Shown: positions 7,705 to 20,012, counted from the stretch's first letter. The stretch: DNA of 32,000 nucleotides from Halomicrobium mukohataei DSM 12286 (GCF_000023965.1 NC_013202.1:600001-632000), one strand, 5' to 3'. A program made the numbers and translations. The notes: generated from the letters alone by a model not told the origin.

Positions 7705-8211
7705 TCAACGAGTCGGCTCCCAGCGCCAGATGATCGCCGACCCCTCGCGGTCGGGCTCCTGTGGGTCCCAGACCAGACGGATTTCGGCGTCGCTGAGATC
7801 GAGGTGCGCACCCGACGACGGAGTCGGTGTCACCTGGTTCGCACCGATCGAGACCGTGTCGCCCGCATCGAGGACCGTGCCGGCCTGTGTCCCCAATGGA
7901 TCGGCACTCTCGTCGACCGCGACGGACGTGCCCGTCGAGTCGACGGCACCACGGAGCTGCAGCGACAGCTGGCGAGTCTCGATCCGGTCGCCACTCCGGA
8001 CGGTGAGACGGAAGTACTGACCGTTCGGCGTCGTCCGTTCGTCGTACTGTGCCGTCATCGCGACCGACGGAGCGGGCTCCTGGCCACGGTCACCGAACTG
8101 GAGTGCGAAGACGCTGATCGTCGCCGCGAGGATCACCGCGATCGCGACCAGTACCACCACGCCGACGACGGGACTGACGCCTCTGTCACCTCGACCACCC
8201 ACGGTCGTCAT
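7705..8211 (-). CDS. archaeal type IV pilin-like protein (class III signal peptide, DUF1628-type N-terminus)
   Basis: The N-terminus GDRGVSPVVGVVVLVAIAVILAATI is the canonical prepilin-peptidase (PibD) motif plus hydrophobic helix. The rest is Thr/Ser/Asp-rich beta-type sequence. Confidence 0.8.
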   Translation of the reverse strand: MTTVGGRGDRGVSPVVGVVVLVAIAVILAATISVFALQFGDRGQEPAPSVAMTAQYDERTTPNGQYFRLTVRSGDRIETRQLSLQLRGAVDSTGTSVAVDESADPLGTQAGTVLDAGDTVSIGANQVTPTPSSGAHLDLSDAEIRLVWDPQEPDREGSAIIWRWEPTR

Positions 8212-8281
8212 CGTTCCCTCCGTCGGACCCGAACGGGTTAAATCATCGTTCGAGATCGAACGGTGAGACGGTCAGCCGAGG

Positions 8282-9283
8282 TCAGTCGGCCGTTTCCAGC
8301 AGCGACTCGGGCGGCTCGCCGGGAAGTTCGTCGCGGTCGTGGGGCGCGTCGAAGTCGGGCTCGGGGCCGGCCGGGACGATCCGCTTGGGACTCACGTCGG
8401 GGTGGGTCGTGTAGTAGTGCTCTTTGATGTGGTCCACGTTCACCGTCTCGCTCACGCCCGGCGTCTGGTACAGGTCGCGCAGATACGGCCAGAGGTTGTC
8501 GTACTGCTCGATGAGACGGCGGTTACACATGAAGTGGGTGTGGTACACCTCGTCGAAGCGCACCAGCGTCGTGAACATACAGATGTCGGCCTCCGTGAGG
8601 CGATCGCCAGCGAGGTAGCGCTGGTCGGCGAGCACCGCGTCCCAGTGGTCCAGCGCGTCGAACAGTTCGTCGACGGCGTCGTCGTAGGCCGCCTGGCTGT
8701 CGGCGAAGCCGGTGCGGTAGACGCCGTTGTTGATCGGCTCGTAGATCTCGTCGATGATGCGGTCGATCTCCTCGCGGTAGCCCTCCGGGTAGAGGTCCAC
8801 GTCTCGGGTCGCGACCGCGTCGAACTCGGTGTCGAGCATCCGCAGGATCTCTTCGGACTCGTTGTTGACGATCGTCTCCGCTCGTTTGTCCCACAGCACG
8901 GGAACGGTCACGCGACCCGTCATCCCCGAGTCGGCGGCCTGGTACACCTCGCGCAGGTAGTCGCTGCCGTTGACGCTGTCCTCGGTACAGCCGGCTTTCT
9001 CCGGCGTGAACTGCCAGCCGTCGTCGCCGCGGAACGGATCGACGTAATCGACGGAGATCGCGTCTTCGAGCCCCTTCAGCGACCGGACCAACAGCGTTCG
9101 GTGAGCCCACGGGCAGGCCAGACAGACGTAGAGGTGATACCGGCCGGCCTCGGGCTGGAAGCGTGCGTCGGGATCGTCCTCGATACGGTCTCGGAACGAC
9201 GTGGTGCCCCGCTCGAACTCCCCGTCCTCGTTCGTCGTCTGATAGGCGTCAGTGCGCCACTCCCCGTCTACGAGCATGTTCAT
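8282..9283 (-). CDS. Xi-class glutathione transferase / glutathionyl-hydroquinone reductase-like (YqjG/ECM4 family)
   Basis: 333 aa. RYHLYVCLACPWAHRTL contains the family CPWA(H)R active-site motif. A C-terminal GST-C-like domain is present. Confidence 0.85.
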   Translation of the reverse strand: MNMLVDGEWRTDAYQTTNEDGEFERGTTSFRDRIEDDPDARFQPEAGRYHLYVCLACPWAHRTLLVRSLKGLEDAISVDYVDPFRGDDGWQFTPEKAGCTEDSVNGSDYLREVYQAADSGMTGRVTVPVLWDKRAETIVNNESEEILRMLDTEFDAVATRDVDLYPEGYREEIDRIIDEIYEPINNGVYRTGFADSQAAYDDAVDELFDALDHWDAVLADQRYLAGDRLTEADICMFTTLVRFDEVYHTHFMCNRRLIEQYDNLWPYLRDLYQTPGVSETVNVDHIKEHYYTTHPDVSPKRIVPAGPEPDFDAPHDRDELPGEPPESLLETAD

Positions 9284-9419
9284 CGTACTCTCTCTTGGGG
9301 CTACACGTTCAAAAACAGCCCAGTGACACGGGAGTAACCGTGCAACAGCGACACACGGAGCCGCCGGGAGTTCGAAGGCTTAATACGCTCGCTCGGCCAC
9401 GTATCCGCCAAGAGTATCT

Positions 9420-9950
9420 ATGTCGGACAAGCCAGCCTCGATGTACCGGGAAATCAACAAGCCCTCGTACACGCGCCGCGAGTACATCACGGGCATTCCC
9501 GGTTCGAAGATCGCACAGCACCAGATGGGTAACAAGGACGCCGACCCCGAGGACTACCCGGTCCAGATCTCCCTGATCGTCGAGGAAGAGTGCCAGCTGC
9601 GCCACGGTTCCATGGAGGCCTCGCGCCTCTCGGCGAACCGCCACCTGATCAAGGAGTTCGGCGAAGGCAACTACAAGATGACGCTGCGGAAGTTCCCCCA
9701 CCAGGTCATCAGAGAGAACAAACAGGCGACCGGTGCCGGGGCCGACCGTGTCTCCGACGGCATGCGCCAGGCCTTCGGGAAGATCGTCGGCACCGCCGCC
9801 CGCGTCCAGGCCAACGAGCGTCTGTTCACGGCCTACTGCGAAGTCGACCAGGCCGAGGAAGTCAAGGAAGCGTTCCGCCGCGCGTACAACAAGATCACGC
9901 CCCCGTGCCGGATCAAGGTCGAACGCGGCGAAGAGCAGCTGATCGCGTAG
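9420..9950 (+). CDS. rpl10e: 50S ribosomal protein uL16 (L10e)
   Basis: 176 aa. [24 protein letters not shown]... is the conserved archaeal L10e N-terminus. Confidence 0.95.
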   Translation: MSDKPASMYREINKPSYTRREYITGIPGSKIAQHQMGNKDADPEDYPVQISLIVEEECQLRHGSMEASRLSANRHLIKEFGEGNYKMTLRKFPHQVIRENKQATGAGADRVSDGMRQAFGKIVGTAARVQANERLFTAYCEVDQAEEVKEAFRRAYNKITPPCRIKVERGEEQLIA

Positions 9951-9974
9951 AACAGCGCTGTTCTCTCGGTTCGT

Positions 9975-10319
9975 TCACTCGGGATCTGACACGGTAACCG
10001 AAGCACGCCAGTCGAACGAATTTGCTTTCGGATTCGCGCGGTTGGACGACGCGAAGCACTGGTTCGTGACCGCGTAGGTTCTGCGTGGAAGACACGCGTT
10101 GGCGTTCTCCAGGTGGCCCCACACTTCGTAGTGACGGGTGAGCGACTGACCCGCCGGGACAGTGACGACGTGTCGCGTCGCGATGCCTGTCGTGGTCAGG
10201 TGGCGACAGCGCCAGCAGCCGCTGTCGGGTAGTTGCTCGTCTTGCAGTCCCGTCTGGGGATGGCACGCGAGCGTGCCAGCGTCGTCGTCCTCGGTCGTAT
10301 CGGTGTCCGGTTCGGGCAT
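9975..10319 (-). CDS. Cys/His-rich hypothetical protein
   Basis: 114 aa with an ATG start and good G/C3 bias. It has an acidic N-terminus, then ACH...CWRCRH plus further Cys/His residues, suggesting a possible metal site. No family recognised. Confidence 0.5.
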   Translation of the reverse strand: MPEPDTDTTEDDDAGTLACHPQTGLQDEQLPDSGCWRCRHLTTTGIATRHVVTVPAGQSLTRHYEVWGHLENANACLPRRTYAVTNQCFASSNRANPKANSFDWRASVTVSDPE

Positions 10320-10333
10320 GTCAGTCCGTTCGT

Positions 10334-10731
10334 CTACTGCTGTCGCAACGCGCGGAATGCGAGTCCCGGTTCGACGCGGTCGCTTTCCGTCGCATGCATC
10401 AGTGGTCGGGGACCGACAGTCGAAGAGAGGTACAGGTCGTTCGAGTTGGTATTGCGGAACATGACTTCGAACGCAGCCCGGCCGTCTGAATTCGCAGTTC
10501 GGTATCGTATACCGAGGGACAAGGCTGCCCCAGCGATGCCCGACATAGAAACCGACTTAACGCCGATTTCGGCAGGTATACCCCCTGTATCTGCATCTCT
10601 GCAAGTTGCACACCTGCGTCACCCACGACACCACCGATTACACTTCCCCCAGAGCCAGTACTACTAGTAGTTGATATGGATCCCAGCGGAGACTTTGATC
10701 GCGGGGTGACCTGGGATGCTATTGATCTGAA
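10334..10731 (-). pseudogene. possible decayed ORF (frame switch at a G5 run), includes the 70-codon ORF 10334-10546
   Basis: On the minus strand, one frame is open from 10731 (...STTSSTGSGGSVIGGVVGDAGVQLAEMQIQG). At the run at 10581-10585 it would continue in the next frame into GIPAEIGVKSVSMSGIAGAALSLGIRYRTANSDGRAAFEVMFRNTNSNDLYLSS...RQQ*. There is no usable start codon upstream, and GC is below the local norm. Confidence 0.25.
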
Positions 10732-10787
10732 CTAGAGTTAGAGATCATTTAGTTTTTCATCTGTAGAATGTATCTACCGACGTAGCT

Positions 10788-11186
10788 ATGAAGAGTTTTT
10801 CAATAGACAAGGTTCGAACCATCTGGGTCGGTATTATTTCTATTGGATGTGCGTTTTCGGTGGCTGCGTGGGTTCTTCCCCAATTATCGGACCTGTACGT
10901 CAAAGTGTTCGTCGGCCTCCAGATCGCAATCGCGACACCGCTTGCCGTCAGACACATCGCCAAACGTGTCGAACTTTCTGGTCGCCTCTACAGATTGTAT
11001 AAAGTTTGGTTCGTTCTCTTACTCCCGCTCTACGTCGCTCTCGGAACAGTCGTTCCGATGGACGCTGTCACGAGTGCCCGCGTCTTCGTCGGTGGATTCG
11101 TGATCTCGCTCCTCTTTGCAACCCTCATAGTTGCGCGTGACATCGACGAAGCACTGTGGCGACTCATCGACGAACATACCCCCTAA
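10788..11186 (+). CDS. hypothetical membrane protein in a low-GC islet
   Basis: 132 aa with four hydrophobic segments. The composition is basic rather than acidic and the codon usage is A/T-richer than in all neighbours (for example 10741-10800 is 20/60 G+C by hand count). Confidence 0.55.
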   Translation: MKSFSIDKVRTIWVGIISIGCAFSVAAWVLPQLSDLYVKVFVGLQIAIATPLAVRHIAKRVELSGRLYRLYKVWFVLLLPLYVALGTVVPMDAVTSARVFVGGFVISLLFATLIVARDIDEALWRLIDEHTP

Positions 11187-11282
11187 CTGAGTCAATCACA
11201 CACTTCAGAAAGCGAAGTTCGTACTCCTCACTCAGGCGGCTCGAATAGGTAGCCTTTGTATCATTCCGCTCAAAATAGAGGT

Positions 11283-12149
11283 ATGCTCAAGCTGGCCGTG
11301 CCGACGAGAGCCGAGACGTTCGAGCGCATGCGCGAGCCACTGGCCCAGCGTGGAATCGAGGTCTCGCACGTCCGGACCGACGAGCGAACGATCGCCATCG
11401 CCGACTCGCCGTTCGACGAGTACGACGCCGGCTTCGTCTTCCCACCGCGGCTCGCGGAAGGCGGCGTCGCCGACGCGCTACTGGGCGTCCCGTGGGTCAA
11501 CGGCCGCGAGGCGATCTTGCGTTCCCGGCACAAGGGCGAGGCACTCGCCCACCTCTCGCAGGCCGGCGTCCCGACGCCCGAGACCGTCGTCGTCTCCGAT
11601 CCGGTCGACGAAGCAGATCTCAGAGCAGCCTTCGAGCAGTTCGACCCGCCGGTGGTCGTCAAGCCCAACGCGACGACCCGCGGCGTCGGCGTCGCGAAGG
11701 CTCACGACCTCGACTCCTTTCTGGGCGTCTGCGATTACCTGGATCTGGTCCACGACTATCGGGCGACCGGCGACCAGTCGTTTCTCGTCCAGGAGTATCT
11801 CCCCGGCGCACGGGACTACCGGGCGATGGTCGTCGACGGCGAGTACGTCGGCGCGGTCGAGCGCCGCCTCCCCGAGGACGCACTTGCCAGCGGCCAGTGG
11901 AAGCACAACGTCCACCGCGGGGCCGAGGCCACCGGCGTGACGCTCGCACCCGACGAACGGGAACTGGTACGCCGAGCAGCAGCGGCGCTGGAGATCGACT
12001 ATCTCGGCGTCGATCTGCTCGTGACCGACGACCGCACGGTCGTCAACGAGACCAACGCGCGCCCGACGATCGACAGCGCCACGAAATACGAAGACGGGTT
12101 CTGGGACGACGTAGCAGCGCTGATCGAAGCGACGGCAGCGAGTCAGTAG
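11283..12149 (+). CDS. RimK-family ATP-grasp alpha-L-glutamate ligase-like protein
   Basis: ATP-grasp layout: VVVKP..TRGVGV, FLVQEYLPG..DYR, GVDLL...V.E.N..P. Start taken at ATG 11283 (MLKLAVP...). Confidence 0.8.
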   Translation: MLKLAVPTRAETFERMREPLAQRGIEVSHVRTDERTIAIADSPFDEYDAGFVFPPRLAEGGVADALLGVPWVNGREAILRSRHKGEALAHLSQAGVPTPETVVVSDPVDEADLRAAFEQFDPPVVVKPNATTRGVGVAKAHDLDSFLGVCDYLDLVHDYRATGDQSFLVQEYLPGARDYRAMVVDGEYVGAVERRLPEDALASGQWKHNVHRGAEATGVTLAPDERELVRRAAAALEIDYLGVDLLVTDDRTVVNETNARPTIDSATKYEDGFWDDVAALIEATAASQ

Positions 12150-12158
12150 CCCAGCGAT

Positions 12159-12551
12159 TCAGTTCAGACTGATGTCGCTGGGATCTTCTGCACGGTCGAA
12201 CGTAACTTCGAGAACACCGTTGTTGTACGTCGCGTTCGCGGAGTGCTCGTCGACGCGGGCGGGCAGCGTGATCTGGTCGTCGTAGTCGCGGTGGGTTCCG
12301 GCCGCCTCGATCGTCAAGACCGTTCCGTCACACTTCAGATCGATATCGTCCTTGTCGACGCCCGGCACGTCGGCGACGACCCGGAGCTGATCGTCCGTCT
12401 CGTGTACGTCGAGGTGCATATCTGTGCCTCTCGAACCGCCGCCACCCTGTTCGATGTGGACGTCGCCCTCCGGTCCCATCACGTCGTTCATCATCCGCTC
12501 CAGCTCGCGGAAGAACTCGTCGAAGGGGTCGTCGCGGTCGTCGCGTCTCAT
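12159..12551 (-). CDS. hsp20: Hsp20/alpha-crystallin small heat-shock protein
   Basis: Alpha-crystallin domain (DVHETDDQLRVVADVPGV.KDDIDL...LTI...A.YNNGVLEVTF). Start taken at ATG 12549-12551, with an AATAAA/TTTATT box about 30 nt upstream (12579-12584). Confidence 0.9.
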   Translation of the reverse strand: MRRDDRDDPFDEFFRELERMMNDVMGPEGDVHIEQGGGGSRGTDMHLDVHETDDQLRVVADVPGVDKDDIDLKCDGTVLTIEAAGTHRDYDDQITLPARVDEHSANATYNNGVLEVTFDRAEDPSDISLN

Positions 12552-12599
12552 CCTACCTACCCTAGACGGACGTTGGGGAATAAACCTTCGGCCCACCCG

Positions 12600-12972
12600 T
12601 CGAGTAGTGTTCAGATAAGCAACTGCGTCAGTGGACTTGTAGACACCGAAAGCCCTCGTGCAGTTGCGGTCCCGGGACCCACGCTGCGCTCCAGTAGGTG
12701 CTTGCGGGGTCCGGGTTCCCGCAAGGGCCGGCCGGTGGAACCGGCCGGCTATAACGTGACGGCTCCGCCGTCACGCAGCACTCGCCCTTTCATCCGCCAG
12801 GGCTCAGACGATCAGATAGCCGATACCTGGCGGATGAAAGGGCGAGGCGCGGTCGGCGGTTCTGCGGCGGCACTATCCGAGCGGAGTGAGGATATCCGCC
12901 ACAGAACCGCCGAGCGGGCCGAGGGCTTTCGGTGCTTCACTTCCGCCACTCTCGATCTCTTATCTGAACACC
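12600..12972 (+). repeat. E-element copy 2: same three-helix core as 4789-4963 with three extra GC-rich hairpins and a closing 13-bp inverted repeat
   Basis: P1 is 12644-12658/12920-12934 (15 bp, perfect). P3 is 12781-12801/12826-12846 (21 bp, perfect). Extra hairpins lie at 12727-12749, 12756-12774 and 12851-12915. The outer inverted repeat is GTGTTCAGATAAG (12607-12619) / CTTATCTGAACAC (12959-12971). Confidence 0.55.
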
Positions 12973-13490
12973 GTCACCCGTCGGGAACCCGAACGCCAGT
13001 CTACAACGAGCACGATCGAGAGCCACGGTGAGCGCCCGTGTACGCAGAGACGCTGATGGGCACCACATCGATGGCCGTACTGTCGGGACGGTGTCCGAAC
13101 AGACTATCCAGCTATCGACACCGAAACGCACACCGTAGACATCGACGCGACGAGTGTGAACGAAACGGTCCGGTTACGATTGTTTGAGATCGATTCTGAT
13201 TGGGATATATCGGCCAGACAACGTTCAGAGACGCAGCCACGAACTCACTCCGTGAATAGCAGTATAACGTCGACACGCCTCGCAGATGAAACCCCATTGC
13301 CGGCGGAGAACAGATTTATAATACCAAATGAACTATCTTGCACCCATATATTGACAATCCGAATAGAATACCGGCTATTTCAGTGAGAACAGCGACCAGT
13401 TGCGGTGCCAGACGTTGACAACAAGAGGTAACAGTACCGAATCACGTCTACTTCGAAAACCATTTACTGACGGTGGACGGGCTATGTACC

Positions 13491-14498
13491 ATGAGCGAAG
13501 AAACCGTTCGCGTCGGAGTCAACGGCTTCGGCCGCATCGGTCGCAACGTGTTCCGCGCATCGCTGGACAACGACGCCATCGAGATCGTCGGCATCAACGA
13601 CGTGATGGAAGACGAGGAGATGGAGTATCTCGCCAAGTACGACTCCGTCATGGGACGACTCGACGGTGCCAGCCTCGACGACGGAACTCTGACCGTCGAG
13701 GGGACCGACTTCGAGGCGGGCGTCTTCCACGAAACCGATCCAACCCAGCTCCCCTGGGAGGAACTGGACGTCGACATCACCTTCGAGTCGACCGGCATCT
13801 TCCGCAGCCACGAAGACGCGAGCCAACACCTCGACGCGGGTGCCGACAAAGTCGTCATCTCTGCACCGCCGAAGGGCGACACGCCGGTCAAACAACTCGT
13901 CTACGGCGTCAACCACGACGAGTACGACGGCGAAGACGTCGTCTCGAACGCCTCCTGTACGACAAACTCCATCACCCCGGTCGCGAAGGTACTGCAAGAC
14001 GAATTCGGAATCGAGTCGGGACAGTTGACGACGGTCCACGCCTACACGGGCACCCAGAACCTCGTCGACGGCCCCAACAGCAAGCCCCGCCGTCGCCGCG
14101 CTGCGGCCGAGAACATCATCCCGACGACGACGGGCGCTGCCCAGGCCGCGACCGAAGTCCTCCCCGAACTCGAAGGGAAACTCGACGGGATGGCAATGCG
14201 CGTCCCAGTCCCCGACGGTTCGATCACCGAGTTCGTCTGTACACTCGAAACGGACGCCACCGAGAGCGACATCAACGCCGCCTTCGAGGCCGCCGCCGAC
14301 GGAGAACTCGAAGGCGTACTGGGCGTCAGTGACGACCCGATCGTCTCTCGGGACGTGCTGGGCCAGCCCTACTCGACGATGGTCGACCTCGAGAACACGA
14401 ACGTCGTCGGCGACCTCGTCAAAGTGCTGACCTGGTACGACAACGAGTTCGGCTTCGCCAACCGCATGCTCGACCTCGCAGCGTTCGTCGCCGAGTAA
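13491..14498 (+). CDS. gap: type I (bacterial-type) glyceraldehyde-3-phosphate dehydrogenase
   Basis: VGVNGFGRIGRNVFR, the SNASCTTN active site, and WYDNEFGF near the C-terminus. Start taken at ATG 13491 (MSEETVRVG...). Confidence 0.95.
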   Translation: MSEETVRVGVNGFGRIGRNVFRASLDNDAIEIVGINDVMEDEEMEYLAKYDSVMGRLDGASLDDGTLTVEGTDFEAGVFHETDPTQLPWEELDVDITFESTGIFRSHEDASQHLDAGADKVVISAPPKGDTPVKQLVYGVNHDEYDGEDVVSNASCTTNSITPVAKVLQDEFGIESGQLTTVHAYTGTQNLVDGPNSKPRRRRAAAENIIPTTTGAAQAATEVLPELEGKLDGMAMRVPVPDGSITEFVCTLETDATESDINAAFEAAADGELEGVLGVSDDPIVSRDVLGQPYSTMVDLENTNVVGDLVKVLTWYDNEFGFANRMLDLAAFVAE

Positions 14499-14614
14499 TT
14501 CCCCTTTCCAGCTGATTCTACCGTCTTCCCGATCAACTGCACTGACTCGTCACTGAGAGCTCTTGAGCAGATAGTCGAGATTCGAACGACTCTCTCCGTC
14601 CGTGCGTCGTAGAA

Positions 14615-14690
14615 AGCCAAGGGTCGGATTTGAACCGACGATGGGCGGCTCTGCAGGCCGCTGCGTTAGGCCGAACTCTGCCACCTTGGC
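14615..14690 (-). tRNA. tRNA-Cys (GCA)
   Basis: Hand-folded cloverleaf on the minus strand. Acceptor GCCAAGG/CCTTGGC. Anticodon stem GCGGC/GCCGC with loop CTGCAGA (anticodon GCA). T arm GTCGG-TTCAAAT-CCGAC. Discriminator U. CCA is not encoded. This is the usual distal position in haloarchaeal rRNA operons. Confidence 0.9.
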
Positions 14691-14716
14691 GCAGTTTCAG
14701 GTAACGGGGTGGTTCG

Positions 14717-14722
14717 CTTAAG
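14717..14722 (-). promoter_or_regulatory. TTAAG-type box about 30 nt upstream of the tRNA-Cys 5' end
   Basis: CGCTTAAGCG (14715-14724) resembles the CCCTTAAGT boxes upstream of 16S and sits at promoter distance from position 14690. Confidence 0.35.
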
Positions 14723-14889
14723 CGTAGCGGTCTCGGTTCGACTCTCCTCCGTCGACCCTCGTTCGATCAACGAAACCGCAACCGCTGCCGTGGCGTGTCT
14801 ACGATCACAGAGCTGCGCCGAAGCTGCTGATCGACACAGTGTCACCACTTCTCGGCTCGAAGCGAGCACTGCCGCTATCGATCGACATG

Positions 14890-14920
14890 AAAAAAGCCCG
14901 CAGCCACGGTGGCTGCGGGC
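14890..14920 (-). terminator. hairpin + T6 terminator-like element just downstream of 5S rRNA
   Basis: On the minus strand: GCCCGCAGCCA-CCG-TGGCTGCGGGC (11-bp stem, 14896-14906/14910-14920) followed directly by TTTTTT (14890-14895). Confidence 0.6.
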
Positions 14921-14934
14921 TCTGTAGTATGAAT

Positions 14935-15057
14935 GGCAGGCGGCGAACCGGCTTTCCCAGGGGTTCGCACACCCCAGTACTCACCGCAACGCTGGCAGGC
15001 TTAACGTCCGTGTTCGGGATGGGTACGGGTGTTTCCCTGCCGCTATGGCCGCCTTTA
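14935..15057 (-). rRNA. rrf: 5S rRNA
   Basis: The minus strand reads TAAAGGCGGCCATAGCGG...CCCGTACCCATCCCGAACACGG...GGTTCGCCGCCTGCC, matching haloarchaeal 5S. About 123 nt; ends uncertain by a few nt. Confidence 0.9.
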
Positions 15058-15098
15058 CGCCGAGTCGTGGAATCGAACCACGAGGATACCTGTCTCGG
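15058..15098 (-). ncRNA. tRNA-like minihelix in the 23S-5S spacer, abutting the 5S 5' end
   Basis: Minus strand: CCGAG-acaggtatcc-TCGTGG-TTCGATT-CCACGA-CTCGG-CG, then 5S. This gives an acceptor-like stem plus a canonical T arm and loop, with no anticodon arm. Confidence 0.45.
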
Positions 15099-15110
15099 TC
15101 TCCGCGTCTA

Positions 15111-15143
15111 CGTGCGATCCAGTGAACGCCTGGACTCGTGCAA
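15111..15143 (-). other. 23S rRNA processing stem, 3' strand (bulge-helix-bulge type)
   Basis: CGTGCGATCCAG...CTGGACTCGTGCAA is complementary at both ends to 18111-18143 (TTGCACGAGTCCAG...CTGGATCGCACG), with unpaired central bulges. Confidence 0.75.
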
Positions 15144-15170
15144 CGCAATGAGTCACAGTGCAATGAGTGT

Positions 15171-18083
<2,913 letters not shown>

Positions 18084-18110
18084 CGTCAAATTTGGTTGTG
18101 ACTCGATGAA

Positions 18111-18143
18111 ATTGCACGAGTCCAGTGGACGCCTGGATCGCAC
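18111..18143 (-). other. 23S rRNA processing stem, 5' strand
   Basis: Complementary partner of 15111-15143 (see that feature). Confidence 0.75.
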
Positions 18144-18261
18144 GTACACGCGGTGTCATCAGTACAGCCGGTGCGACCCGGTCTGTACATCGACCCTTCC
18201 TACCCACGCTTGCACGGAGTAGTGCACTGGTCTGCCGTACATCGTTCGAGCGCCGTCCCAC

Positions 18262-18275
18262 ACTTAAGGGGCACG
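18262..18275 (-). promoter_or_regulatory. internal CCCTTAAGT-type promoter-like box in the tRNA-Ala/23S spacer
   Basis: The minus strand reads CCCCTTAAGTGTGG, the same core as the two boxes upstream of 16S. Confidence 0.4.
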
Positions 18276-18295
18276 GTTCGAACACGTACGGGGTA

Positions 18296-18367
18296 TGGAC
18301 CCACTGGGATTTGAACCCAGGGCTTCCTCCTTGCAAAGGAGGTGCTCTGCCGCTGAGCTATGGGCCC
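18296..18367 (-). tRNA. tRNA-Ala (UGC) in the 16S-23S spacer
   Basis: Minus strand: GGGCCCATAGCTCAGCGGCAGAGCACCTCCTTTGCAAGGAGGAAGCCCTGGGTTCAAATCCCAGTGGGTCCA. Anticodon stem CCTCC/GGAGG with loop TTTGCAA. Confidence 0.93.
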
Positions 18368-18384
18368 GACGCCTCGTCCGCAAC

Positions 18385-18435
18385 GTTAGCCCTAGTAGTT
18401 CATAGGTGCCCGGTCGACGGGTGTCGGTGGACGCT
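18385..18435 (-). other. 16S rRNA processing stem, 3' strand
   Basis: GTTAGCCCTAGTAGTTC (18385-18401) is the exact reverse complement of 20047-20063. The remainder pairs imperfectly with 20013-20046, giving bulges. Confidence 0.75.
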
Positions 18436-18476
18436 GCCAAAGGTGGGCCAGGCTCGTCGGCCTGGTCCCGATCGTT

Positions 18477-19959
<1,483 letters not shown>

Positions 19960-20012
19960 GAGCAGGGGGGTTAGGCGGGATCACACCCATAAGGGTGTGG
20001 TCGCTATCGAAG

